Below are positions 10,714-19,500 of a stretch of 64,000 bases of DNA, piece by piece; position 1 is the first letter of the stretch; each line of letters begins with the position of its first letter. This stretch comes from Nitrosopumilus sp. (GTDB lineage Archaea > Thermoproteota > Nitrososphaeria > Nitrososphaerales > Nitrosopumilaceae). The position numbers and the translations under genes are program-made. The notes below the pieces were generated by a model. It was not told the DNA's origin, searched no databases, and saw only the letters and a program-made list of their open reading frames with translations. Where the stretch lies: positions 1,408,001-1,472,000 of the forward strand of contig OZ245003.1 in assembly GCA_965223425.1 (NCBI GenBank), read 5' to 3'.

Positions 10714-11526
10714 CTATGACGTGCTTTGGGCATTAATTATTGATAATGTTCCAAGCAGCGCCTCCTCTAGGCGCACAGTCTGCGTGGCCTGGTTTGGAAA
10801 AAAGTTAAGCGACTTTGCGTTTTGTACGTTTTTCATTTTCCCTCCAAGGATTTCATGGATTCCTTTCTCGGGAGAGCCAAATGCTACCAGTGTTGGCTGC
10901 TCTGATTTTGTATATTTTGCAATCTGCTCTTTTGTTGCCGTTTTTCCTTTTCTTGATGTAACGATAATGCTTCCCTTCCATTCACTTAACAATGAAAATA
11001 GGCTTGCCCTCTCCTTTACTGCGTACCCCCAGTATGGGACAGCCTCGCTTTTGCTGATCTCTTTTACTGAAAATTTTGGATGTCCCTCTTTGAATTGGAC
11101 TGTCACTCTTTTCCCCATTGATGTTTTTCCAAAAAACGGCACCAGCTGATTTATTCCAACATCCACAAATCTTTTCCCCTTGACACTAACCACAATTCCC
11201 TCCCTGGTGTCACCACTGCTGATCTTTTTAGGGTTTGCAGGCGTAACGTGGCTTGGAATTTTTAATGGCTGCAGCACCCCTGCAAATTTTAAATCATTCA
11301 TTTTGGGAAACAATCTTTTTCTCAAAAACTGCGGCGTCTCCAGATATTTTAAAACCATCACAAGCAAACTGCCATCCTGTCTGTTGTCTCCCTCTTGATA
11401 CACGTAGATTGTATCAACTTTGAAGATGGCGCAGGCCCTTGCTAAAACGGATATCTTTCTGGTCTTGTCTATCTTGAGTGACTCGTCTGATAACGAGGAT
11501 GCAGGAATGGCAACTGATAATTTCAA
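10714..11526 (-). CDS. SPOUT-family RNA methyltransferase (DUF171/C9orf114-like)
   Basis: YLETPQFLRK, FGSP, PNQATQTVRLEEA. Confidence 0.92.
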   Translation of the reverse strand: MKLSVAIPASSLSDESLKIDKTRKISVLARACAIFKVDTIYVYQEGDNRQDGSLLVMVLKYLETPQFLRKRLFPKMNDLKFAGVLQPLKIPSHVTPANPKKISSGDTREGIVVSVKGKRFVDVGINQLVPFFGKTSMGKRVTVQFKEGHPKFSVKEISKSEAVPYWGYAVKERASLFSLLSEWKGSIIVTSRKGKTATKEQIAKYTKSEQPTLVAFGSPEKGIHEILGGKMKNVQNAKSLNFFPNQATQTVRLEEALLGTLSIINAQSTS

Positions 11527-11556
11527 TGTAACTCAACACCCCAGCAGCTTAAAAGA

Positions 11557-12294
11557 TTATTTCTTCTCGTGCGGATACTTTTCTTTGGCAGTGTTTGCAT
11601 ATTTTACGATCCGCTCATCTGCGATTAGCTCATACAGCCCAGTTTCTGTTTTGATGTGCGCCATTCTGATGTGGCCTGTTCCCTCCTTGTCTTCGCTTGA
11701 CAGGTAGATTCCTGCAGCAGCTAACACTGATGCGTCATCTATTGAAAGGTTGCCCTTGTAAGTTTTTTCTAAAAAGTCAGTTACCTGCTCAGAACCTGCC
11801 CCGATTGCAATTGCATCATAAGAGATGTATGTTCCGCTGGGATCAGTCAGATACAACTGCGGCGTTTTGTTCACTACCCCCCCTAGAATAAGTGCCACTC
11901 CAAACGGCCTGACACCTGCATACTGCGTATATTGTTGGGACTGATCAGCCAAGTGTTTTGCAATCGTTTCGACCTCGACTGGTTCGTCATAAATCATTTT
12001 GTTACTCTGAGAAAAGAATCGGGCATTGTCTACCTGGCTTCTGGCGTCTGGAATGTATCCTGCCGCTGCAACCCCTACATGGTCATCAATCTGAAAAATC
12101 TTTTGTGCCGTTTGAGAGACCTGCAACTTTCTTGCTTTTTCTTCCACTGCAATGATTATCCCGTCTTTGCATTTTACGCCTACTGCAATTGTGCCCCTTC
12201 TGACAGTCTCAATGGCGTACTCCACCTGGTATAACCTACCGTCAGGTGAGAAAACAGTGATTGCTCTGTCATAACCTTGTTGTGCAGGAAGCAT
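11557..12294 (-). CDS. psmA: Proteasome subunit alpha
   Basis: GYDRAITVFSPDGRLYQVEYA. Confidence 0.98.
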   Translation of the reverse strand: MLPAQQGYDRAITVFSPDGRLYQVEYAIETVRRGTIAVGVKCKDGIIIAVEEKARKLQVSQTAQKIFQIDDHVGVAAAGYIPDARSQVDNARFFSQSNKMIYDEPVEVETIAKHLADQSQQYTQYAGVRPFGVALILGGVVNKTPQLYLTDPSGTYISYDAIAIGAGSEQVTDFLEKTYKGNLSIDDASVLAAAGIYLSSEDKEGTGHIRMAHIKTETGLYELIADERIVKYANTAKEKYPHEKK

Positions 12295-12346
12295 TTGATT
12301 CCAATGCTTTGAAAGTTTAATTTAAGTCTAGCCTATCTTTTATGGC

Positions 12347-12763
12347 GTGAGATTCGAGATTCAATTTTCAGGTCATAAAAACATAAGATCAAATCATCAA
12401 AAAACAATTGAGATTACAACTGATTCTGATCTAACGCCCCAAGGCGATTGCATAGTCGGCGTAAGTGCCACTTCAAGTTGCGCCAGTCTGCCTGAAGAAC
12501 TAAAGAACAGGCTTAGAAATCCGGATTCTAAAGTGGCCTTTTCAATCAGTGTGGGAAAACATCAATTTGCAGTAAGGGGAAGAGGACACCCTGATCTTGT
12601 TCTTACTGATTCAGAAGATATTGTCATTAGGAAAAGCAGTTTCATTTGTCCTAGAACTTTGGCAATAAAGTGTGACAAGGCATCGGACTTGCTTCCGCGA
12701 GACATGGTTTTGCTGCTGCAGAACCCGTCTGCCAAAGGCACTTTTGCCATAGAGGTTGATTAA
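12347..12763 (+). CDS. DUF371 family protein
   Basis: GHKNIRSNHQKTIEIT..LTPQGDCIVGV..VIRKSSF. Confidence 0.9.
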   Translation: MRFEIQFSGHKNIRSNHQKTIEITTDSDLTPQGDCIVGVSATSSCASLPEELKNRLRNPDSKVAFSISVGKHQFAVRGRGHPDLVLTDSEDIVIRKSSFICPRTLAIKCDKASDLLPRDMVLLLQNPSAKGTFAIEVD

Positions 12764-12801
12764 ACTGTGACAATTTTATAGGCATGGATATGATTTTGGT
12801 C

Positions 12802-12921
12802 ATGGGTCGTAAAACTAACCTGTTCCTTTTAGTTCCGTTGTCTGCCTTTGCAGCAATAATTATTGGGTTTGGAATGTACATGACCCTGTGTAAAAATTCC
12901 AACATTCCTTTGCCCTGCTAG
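12802..12921 (+). CDS. Small membrane protein (about 39 aa)
   Basis: Manual translation MGRKTNLFLLVPLSAFAAIIIGFGMYMTLCKNSNIPLPC. Confidence 0.4.
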   Translation: MGRKTNLFLLVPLSAFAAIIIGFGMYMTLCKNSNIPLPC

Positions 12922-13186
12922 GTCTGATGAACCTTTTCTAATTATTCCCGTTTTAGTTAATTCTGATTCACTTGGTGGTTTTATGGAATAAATTTTATCA
13001 AAACAAATTATTTTATGCCTAAATTCTACATTCTCTTCAAATAACTTGACAGAACCTTGATAGAATAATTCTTAAACACAATTAGAGATACGGCACTAAA
13101 ATTGAACTTCAAACTTGTTAAACATCCACATCATCCATATTTCAGCTCTCGGGGATTACGCAGAACCTGTGAAGGACATTCTTATT

Positions 13187-13450
13187 ATGATCCGTGCCGA
13201 AGATCATAACATGACTTGGTTATTGCCTCCACATGAGAAGGTACTGGCGCGCAAATTCTGTGAGATGGTACACGAGTCACGGCGGGACCACGATGGAACA
13301 GCGGTAACGTTGGCAGTCAAAAAGTATCTGGATGAATTGTCAAGGCAGGGCAGGCAATCCCTGGTGGATGCAATCAAAAAACAGATGCAAATATGTGACA
13401 AATCAACCCTGGAGAAACCAGACCCGGAGAGCACCGACCAGATAGTGTAA
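13187..13450 (+). CDS. Hypothetical protein (cassette cargo)
   Basis: ORF begins just after the repeat ending at 13167; decayed homolog near 423. Confidence 0.55.
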   Translation: MIRAEDHNMTWLLPPHEKVLARKFCEMVHESRRDHDGTAVTLAVKKYLDELSRQGRQSLVDAIKKQMQICDKSTLEKPDPESTDQIV

Positions 13451-13456
13451 CTTTAT

Positions 13457-13732
13457 CTATTTCCACATACCTGCAACACGACATAACCTCATGCCACGTT
13501 TTGTTAATTTCAATTTAAAGTCCTCGCCCTCTTCTGGCGTGTATGTTTTTTCCGTAATGATCACTTCCAGTGCAATTAATTTGTGCACTTCGCTGGCCAA
13601 TCCGTTAAGATCGCCATACATCTCAATTAGAGGTTCACGGTTTAGTAATTCTGAATAATCCATTCCAGATTCCCCGATTGTTTCAATTATTTGGTATGCA
13701 AAAACAGGCGGTTCTGTTACTTCTGTGGACAT
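13457..13732 (-). CDS. Putative winged-helix protein
   Basis: C-terminal KLKLTKRG wing motif; TATA-like element and palindrome upstream. Confidence 0.55.
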   Translation of the reverse strand: MSTEVTEPPVFAYQIIETIGESGMDYSELLNREPLIEMYGDLNGLASEVHKLIALEVIITEKTYTPEEGEDFKLKLTKRGMRLCRVAGMWK

Positions 13733-13877
13733 GTGACGGGTTACAAAATTTATTTTATTAAAGATTACTACAAGGGGTTCTGTAACATTATCGTGGTATA
13801 ATCATAGATGTGAATCAGGAGAAGATCCATGTTTCGTCCCTCGAAGATTACACGGAACCCGTACACTACGGAGTTAG

Positions 13878-14105
13878 TTATTTCTCGGCGATTGTCAAAT
13901 CAACCAAATTTTTACCAAGTTTCTTCTCAATCTCGGCGGATACCTTGATGGCATCTTCCCAACTTGAGAATGTTTTTAGTGCAACATGATCATAACTTTT
14001 ATCCCCCTTTACATTTTTGTTTTTAAAATCTGACATTACAAGCTGGTTTTCCTTACATAAATTTTCATTCACACAAGTCAAACGAAATTCAAAAATCTGT
14101 TTCAT
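13878..14105 (-). CDS. Hypothetical protein (cassette cargo)
   Basis: ORF fills the space between the repeats at 13859 and about 14200. Confidence 0.55.
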   Translation of the reverse strand: MKQIFEFRLTCVNENLCKENQLVMSDFKNKNVKGDKSYDHVALKTFSSWEDAIKVSAEIEKKLGKNLVDLTIAEK

Positions 14106-14282
14106 ATGACTTTTCAAGCAGTTTGATAATTAATAAACGTGCCTTGATTTTTTCTTCTTCATGTGAAGATTTTGGTAAAATATGTGAATAATTTCAATTC
14201 AGAGAAGATCCATATTTCATCCATTAAAGATTGCACGGAACCTAATGATCCATCCTTTAAATTCTCCTGTTTTTACTCTGGA

Positions 14283-14855
14283 ATGATGATTGAGTTAATT
14301 GCCGCAGTTTTGATAGGATTGTTCGTTGGCATGTTAATAATCTACATTGTGATGAGTTCCAAAAGGGAGGCACAGTTTGAAGCGTTCAAGGCAAAGATTG
14401 TCAAAGAGATAGAAGATAGTATAAAGAACAAGCGCAAGGATGTCGCTTCGGGCGCATTGCCTATCCCCAGTGTCTCGTATGCAGTAGAACAGAGGATAGA
14501 TGATGAGCGCACAGATGCTTTGAACAAGTCAAGAAACGTACTCAAAGGAAAGATAGGTGAGCATATGGCTCCCCTTCTGAAGGAGTTTTATGAAAAATAC
14601 AAGCCCTCTGAAGCCAGGTTCATGGGTGCTCCTGTGGATTATATCATATTCAAGAACAAAGATGGTGAAAAGCCAATAGAAGTGATTTTGCTGGATGTAA
14701 AGACTGGAAAGGCCGCGCTCAACAAGGATCAGAAGCGGATTAAGGATGCAGTAGAACACAACAGGGTGGGTTTTGAGATCCTGAGAATCAACGATGTTGA
14801 ACAGGTTGAAGAGAAAAATATGCAGAACGCAACTGTCAGAGGGGACGGAAGTTAA
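14283..14855 (+). CDS. Membrane-anchored Holliday-junction-resolvase-like PD-(D/E)XK nuclease (Endonuc_Holl type)
   Basis: N-terminal TM; SRNVLKGKIGEHMAP..RFMGAPVDYIIF..DVKTGKAALNKDQKRIKDAVE. Confidence 0.85.
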   Translation: MMIELIAAVLIGLFVGMLIIYIVMSSKREAQFEAFKAKIVKEIEDSIKNKRKDVASGALPIPSVSYAVEQRIDDERTDALNKSRNVLKGKIGEHMAPLLKEFYEKYKPSEARFMGAPVDYIIFKNKDGEKPIEVILLDVKTGKAALNKDQKRIKDAVEHNRVGFEILRINDVEQVEEKNMQNATVRGDGS

Positions 14856-14955
14856 CGGGATCTTACACGTGAGTCCCAGCCACCAGCTCTCGATAAGTTA
14901 CCAGAGCCAATCGTAAATCATAGTTTAATATAACCATTGTTTTAGAAAAAGCATC

Positions 14956-15099
14956 ATGAATCAAGACAAGAAAAAAGCATGGTCAAACAAACACGATGAA
15001 TTGTTAAAAAAAGTTGTGTTAACATCAGGTAAACCAATGGGTTTTAAATCCCCTGACGACATTCTTAAACATCTTGAATCACTGGGAAATAGATCTTAA
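14956..15099 (+). CDS. Small hypothetical protein (47 aa)
   Basis: Manual translation MNQDKKKAWSNKHDELLKK...FKSPDDILKHLESLGNRS; TTTAATATAA about 25 bp upstream. Confidence 0.45.
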   Translation: MNQDKKKAWSNKHDELLKKVVLTSGKPMGFKSPDDILKHLESLGNRS

Positions 15100-15217
15100 A
15101 GACGGAGACTCATTCGCTACGGATTTTGCAAATAGATCTCATTGTATCCAATATGCAATTCAAAAACTAATGGATGCTCAATCATAGGATAGTAATTGTA
15201 ATTTTTAGTTAAAAGTT

Positions 15218-15241
15218 TTGATTAAACCAAAATTTAATCAA
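15218..15241. promoter_or_regulatory. 9-6-9 palindromic operator upstream of the ArsR gene
   Basis: TTGATTAAA-ccaaaa-TTTAATCAA, perfect inverted repeat. Confidence 0.65.
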
Positions 15242-15295
15242 TCCTTTTTAACTCATTCTCAAAAATTCTAAATGCTTGCCTGTCGTTTTAACATC

Positions 15296-15880
15296 ATGGA
15301 GGATGGCGAAGATTATGATGAGGACATAATGGATAAAATTCAAATCTACTCTAATGATGATGAACAGTTAAAATTTTTGGGTCAAATACTGGGTAATGAA
15401 TCTAGTAGAAAAATTTTACAAACATTATTTGATAAAGAATTAACAGCTGGTGAAATTTCTACACAAACAGGTTTTTCATTGCCATTGATTAATCACCATA
15501 TCTCTACAATGCTGCAAGCTGGTGTTGTTGCTGTAACTAAAACAACAATGAATACTAAAAATCAACCAATGAAACATTATTCTGCAAAATCAGGAATTGT
15601 AATTTTACCTAAACAAGCTTCTAAAAAAGCAAAAGCAAGTAAACGTTTTTCAAAGTCAATAAAACAACTAATGCAAATTACTACTGTTGGTGCAGCTGCA
15701 ATTGCTTCATTCTTTATTACATTGATATCTCAACCAGTACAAGAAGGGCACCAAACAGGTGAAAATCTAAATGTTATTGATTCTCCATTTGTAATTCCAT
15801 CAGTTATTGCATTAGTCGTGATTGGAATTGGGTTATTGGTTAAATTTGTATTAAACCAAAGAAAAAATAAGAAAAAATGA
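15296..15880 (+). CDS. ArsR/HTH_20 regulator with two C-terminal TM helices
   Basis: LGNESSRKILQTL..LTAGEIS..LPLINHHISTMLQAG; two hydrophobic segments at the C-terminus. Confidence 0.85.
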   Translation: MEDGEDYDEDIMDKIQIYSNDDEQLKFLGQILGNESSRKILQTLFDKELTAGEISTQTGFSLPLINHHISTMLQAGVVAVTKTTMNTKNQPMKHYSAKSGIVILPKQASKKAKASKRFSKSIKQLMQITTVGAAAIASFFITLISQPVQEGHQTGENLNVIDSPFVIPSVIALVVIGIGLLVKFVLNQRKNKKK

Positions 15881-15904
15881 TAACATAATATTATATTAAT
15901 CTGA

Positions 15905-15928
15905 TTGGTTAAATCCTCGTTTAATCAA
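15905..15928. promoter_or_regulatory. Second copy of the 9-6-9 operator, upstream of the metalloprotease
   Basis: TTGGTTAAA-tcctcg-TTTAATCAA, followed by a TTTAAA TATA-like box. Confidence 0.65.
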
Positions 15929-15960
15929 AGGCTTTAAAGAAAATTGTTTTTGATCAGATA

Positions 15961-16641
15961 ATGACTACAACCAACATCAACAAAAAACAACTAGTTCCAA
16001 TTGTTGCTTTATCATCAGTAGCAGTTGGAATAATGGGAGTTGTACCAAATGCTGATGCTGATTATCATAAAGGTTGGATATGGGATAGCACAAACCATTC
16101 CGCAGAATTTGATAATGGCAAAGTACCAATAGCATTTGATACATCTGAGCTAAGTTCTAATCTAGTTCTGGAAAGTGGAACAACAATCAATCAAATCTAC
16201 ACAGATATGGAAAATGCTGTAGATGAATGGGATACTCAAACCGATTTCCCTACCAAGAGAAAAGATACAACTACATTTTATCATGACAATGTAGTTGGTA
16301 CTGCTGATTTAGCTGCAGGAACACTAGGTTCAGCTGCTACATCCAAACATTTCTTAGGTTTTGATGATCATATAACGAGAGTCACTATTGATTTCAATCA
16401 TGACGATTTTGAATGGGATCACAATGGTGATGATTCAGGCACATCAACTGCAAGAATCTACAACGTCATGCTTCATGAAATGGGACATGTAAACGGATTA
16501 TGTGATACATACGTACCAGCTGGAACACTAGGTGATTGTCACGGACATGTTGTATCTACCACTGTAATGGACAGTTACCAATATGGCGTAGTAGAAACAA
16601 TCACAACTGGCGACCAGACCGAGGTAAACGGACAATATTAG
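15961..16641 (+). CDS. Secreted zinc metallopeptidase (metzincin, matrixin-like)
   Basis: Signal peptide; HEMGHVNGLCD; Met-turn TVMDS. Confidence 0.8.
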   Translation: MTTTNINKKQLVPIVALSSVAVGIMGVVPNADADYHKGWIWDSTNHSAEFDNGKVPIAFDTSELSSNLVLESGTTINQIYTDMENAVDEWDTQTDFPTKRKDTTTFYHDNVVGTADLAAGTLGSAATSKHFLGFDDHITRVTIDFNHDDFEWDHNGDDSGTSTARIYNVMLHEMGHVNGLCDTYVPAGTLGDCHGHVVSTTVMDSYQYGVVETITTGDQTEVNGQY

Positions 16642-17217
16642 GTGATTATGATGAACACAAAACAAAAATCATTTAGTATTCTAGCAACTGTCGGAATCCT
16701 TTTTGGAACATTCGTTTTTGCACATGGAATTCCATACGCACAAGTAGATACATCTTCTCAAATAGTAATATTTGAAGTAGACGAATTGACTGAAAAAGCA
16801 GATCTGATTGTTATAGGAACTGTAACCAATGACAAAACAATTGCATCTAACAGTGATACCTACCCTGCTGTTAGGATTACATCCATAGAATCCCTAGAAA
16901 TCATAAAAGGTTCTGAGGATGCAAAAGCAATCGAAGTTAGAGAATTTGGTTCAGGAGAAGTTGTCAAAGACGGTTTACGATATGACGTAACAGTTTCTCA
17001 AGGCGTTCCAACATATGAACAAAACGAGAGAGTTTTGTTATTCCTTGATTATGATGAAGGAAACGCACTTGGAGATGGTTACTATGTCATAAGTGGTGCC
17101 TACGGAAAATATTCAATTGATGGCAATACTGCCAGCCATTTGGACTCCGATAGAACAGAACCAGTAGCACAACTCAAGCAAAAAATCTCAAACTCCCTTG
17201 GCCCTGAAATGGGTTAA
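16642..17217 (+). CDS. Secreted or membrane-anchored hypothetical protein
   Basis: Signal-like N-terminus; ELTEKADLIVIGTV..ERVLLFL; abuts the protease gene. Confidence 0.75.
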   Translation: MIMMNTKQKSFSILATVGILFGTFVFAHGIPYAQVDTSSQIVIFEVDELTEKADLIVIGTVTNDKTIASNSDTYPAVRITSIESLEIIKGSEDAKAIEVREFGSGEVVKDGLRYDVTVSQGVPTYEQNERVLLFLDYDEGNALGDGYYVISGAYGKYSIDGNTASHLDSDRTEPVAQLKQKISNSLGPEMG

Positions 17218-17270
17218 TCTTTTTCTTCTTCATGTCTGATAACTTTTATCGATACTTGACACATTCTGAA

Positions 17271-17378
17271 ATGAAACTCGTTAAGATAGATTGTCCTACA
17301 TGTGGTAGTGGGGTCATACTGAGAGATTTATCAGAACATTTGAGACAACATATTTTGGAAGAAAGTAAAGATAGATGA
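17271..17378 (+). CDS. Micro zinc-finger protein (35 aa, C2H2-like)
   Basis: Manual translation MKLVKIDCPTCGSGVILRDLSEHLRQHILEESKDR. Confidence 0.5.
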   Translation: MKLVKIDCPTCGSGVILRDLSEHLRQHILEESKDR

Positions 17379-17700
17379 TTAATTGAGTTCTTTTTCAAGT
17401 AACTCTTGTTTACGTTTTATTCCCCAACGATAACCGGAAAGACTACCGTCTTTTCTAACAACACGATGACATGGGACTGCCATTGCCAATTTGTTTGCAG
17501 CACATGCATTGGCTACTGCTCTTGAAGAATTCGGTGAACCAATATGTTTTGCAATATCAATATAGCTCATAGTGTGGCCAGATGGAATGCTACAAATTAC
17601 ACCCCATACCCGTCGTTGAAATATTGTCCCTTGAATGTCTAATGATAAATCTAATCCCAATTCTGGCGTTTCCATAAACTGAATTATTTTCTGGCCATAG
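17379..17700 (-). pseudogene. ogt: 5'-truncated methylated-DNA-protein-cysteine methyltransferase (Ada/Ogt C-terminal domain)
   Basis: GTIFQRRVW..SSRAVANAC..VPCHRVV..GYRWG; N-terminus missing. Confidence 0.75.
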
Positions 17701-17827
17701 CCTCCCCCGACGGATGGAAGGATGGCATTAAAATTAACATCCCCAATCAACACCAATAAAATTAAAAAATCTAAAAGTCATTCTACTATCCCTCTCCAAT
17801 CCCCTTTTGGAACAGCTCTATGAAACT

Positions 17828-17950
17828 ATTCCACGAAATAATTCCACGAAATAATTCCACGAAATAATTCTACAGCAGCAGGATAAAGTTAAATTAAAAT
17901 TTAAAAAATAAACTAAAACAATTCTATGGAACGATTCTTTGGAACGATTC
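17828..17950. repeat. 3x 13-bp ATTCCACGAAATA, AT-rich tract, then 2x inverted 13-bp TTCT(A/T)TGGAACGA
   Basis: Read directly from the sequence. Confidence 0.85.
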
Positions 17951-17952
17951 TA

Positions 17953-19046
17953 TACTGTCACTCAAAAGTTCTTGAGGTCAAACATGTTAGATGGTAATAC
18001 ATTTTGATCACCTAGTACCACGCATTACAATGCCAGCAGCAAAACCGGAAGACCTCAGGAAGGCGTACAAGAAAGAGAGGGATCCCAAGGTGGTCAAGAG
18101 GATGGCCGCAGTAAACATGGTGTGCATGAACAATGAAAGCATTCAACATGTAGCAGACTCGCTCATGCAGTGCCCGAACTGGGTCTCCTTCTGGGTGGAA
18201 CGCTTCAGGGAGGGCGGCATAGACGCCCTCCGGGATCTTCCCAAGAGCGGAAGGCCGCCAAAGGTCAAACTCAAAAAGATTGAAAAGATGTTATACAAGA
18301 CTGACAGCATCATCGCTCCCATGCAGCTAAGAGAAGACATCTGCAAAAAGTACGGCGTAAAGTACCACATCACAAACGTCAGAAAGATAATGCGCAAACT
18401 CGGCCTGACTGCCAAGACGGTACGGCGAATCCACATCAACAGGGCAGAGATCGACGAGATCAAAAAATGGCAGCGCAGCGCAAAAAGGCAGATTTCACGC
18501 CTGAAAAAACTGGGTTTTGCCGTCGTGGTATTTGACGAGGCCATCTTCATCGACGACCCGACATCCGGCGCAAAGTACTGGTCGCCTGAGGGCCAGCCGA
18601 TCATAACGACGTACAAGGGACGGCACGGCAGGGTTGTGGCGTATGGCTCCATCGGGATTGACGGCAGGCAGTTCTTCCGGACGTACGACAAATTCGACAA
18701 GGAGACCGTACTGCAATACTTGAAGGAATTGGCAAGGCATTTTGGAAAGGTGGCCATAATAATGGACAACGCGCCGCAGCACAAGGGAATAATTGTAAGC
18801 AAGTTCCTAAAGGGAAACAAGAACGTCAAGGTCATATGGCTTCCGACTGCAACTCCCGAGCTCAGCGTTACAGAGGAGTACTGGCATCAGGCAAAACGGG
18901 GCGTGCTGGTATCTGAATATTACGCTACGGTTGTGCACATGCGCCATGCAATGTCAGAATATTTCAGGACAGCTCGTCCCAAGCTTGATGCAATGAAGTT
19001 TATCTGTAGGAAGTCCCTAGACCTCAAGAACATTTGAGTGACAGTA
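17953..19046 (+). mobile_element. Complete IS630-family element (type 1), TA target duplication
   Basis: TIRs TACTGTCACTCAAAAGTTCTTGAG / CTCAAGAACATTTGAGTGACAGTA, flanked by TA on both sides. Confidence 0.93.
17991..19037 (+). CDS. IS630-family transposase, intact
   Basis: GRPPK HTH; FDEA, MDNA, PELSVTEEYW DDE triad. Confidence 0.93.
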   Translation: MVIHFDHLVPRITMPAAKPEDLRKAYKKERDPKVVKRMAAVNMVCMNNESIQHVADSLMQCPNWVSFWVERFREGGIDALRDLPKSGRPPKVKLKKIEKMLYKTDSIIAPMQLREDICKKYGVKYHITNVRKIMRKLGLTAKTVRRIHINRAEIDEIKKWQRSAKRQISRLKKLGFAVVVFDEAIFIDDPTSGAKYWSPEGQPIITTYKGRHGRVVAYGSIGIDGRQFFRTYDKFDKETVLQYLKELARHFGKVAIIMDNAPQHKGIIVSKFLKGNKNVKVIWLPTATPELSVTEEYWHQAKRGVLVSEYYATVVHMRHAMSEYFRTARPKLDAMKFICRKSLDLKNI

Positions 19047-19056
19047 TATGAATGGT

Positions 19057-19326
19057 TTATCCGCCTGCAACTGCGGAGAATCCGACAATTGAATTGTCAC
19101 TGGTTCTCAGCACCTGTGCAGTTTCTGGCACCATATGATGCAATGTCACCATGTATACCTGATCTCCGTATTTGACTGCGATTGCCGCTGCCGTCCTTTG
19201 TACGTGAATTTTCTCTGGCCCGTCGAGAAGGTCTACTGCCGCTATCTTTCTTGCAGTTTCCGGGATGTTTGCCGGATCCTGTGTTTTTGTTTTTGGTTTT
19301 TCTAGTTTGGTTTGCTGTTTACTCAT
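19057..19326 (-). CDS. Hypothetical protein
   Basis: ORF from MSKQQTK with GGAGG upstream. Confidence 0.5.
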   Translation of the reverse strand: MSKQQTKLEKPKTKTQDPANIPETARKIAAVDLLDGPEKIHVQRTAAAIAVKYGDQVYMVTLHHMVPETAQVLRTSDNSIVGFSAVAGG

Positions 19327-19500
19327 GTTATCAACCTCCTTTGTTGATTTTGTTGTTTGCAGACAGTGTCTGCATCCGTATTTTCTGAAAAATATTTTCC
19401 AGAACTGTTTGTTTTGCTCCCACATGTATGCAGGATTGGCATTTGGATTGCGCCAAGATAAAACGGGTCTGAATCGTTTGTCAAGTCGGGGGAAAACGCT

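Larger units (their letters stand above)
13041..14908 (+). repeat. Five same-orientation IS6-like right ends (ending near 13056, 13167, 13859, 14242, 14908)
   Basis: ATAACTTGACAGAACC; CAGCTCTCGGGGATTACGCAGAACC; GATCCATGTTTCGTCCCTCGAAGATTACACGGAACC; GATCCATATTTCATCCATTAAAGATTGCACGGAACC; CAGCTCTCGATAAGTTACCAGAGCC. Confidence 0.7.

Noticed and set aside
13709-13718. GGTTCTGTTA inside ORF 13457, and CAGAACC near 17156
   Set aside because: Both encode TEP within intact ORFs and have no extended match to the end consensus.
13041-14908. CRISPR array or classical integron attC reading of the repeats
   Set aside because: Spacing is 100-700 bp with whole genes between repeats; no cas or intI gene; no RYYYAAC/GTTRRRY cores.
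17828-17870. 13-bp repeats as CRISPR
   Set aside because: Tandem repeats without spacers.
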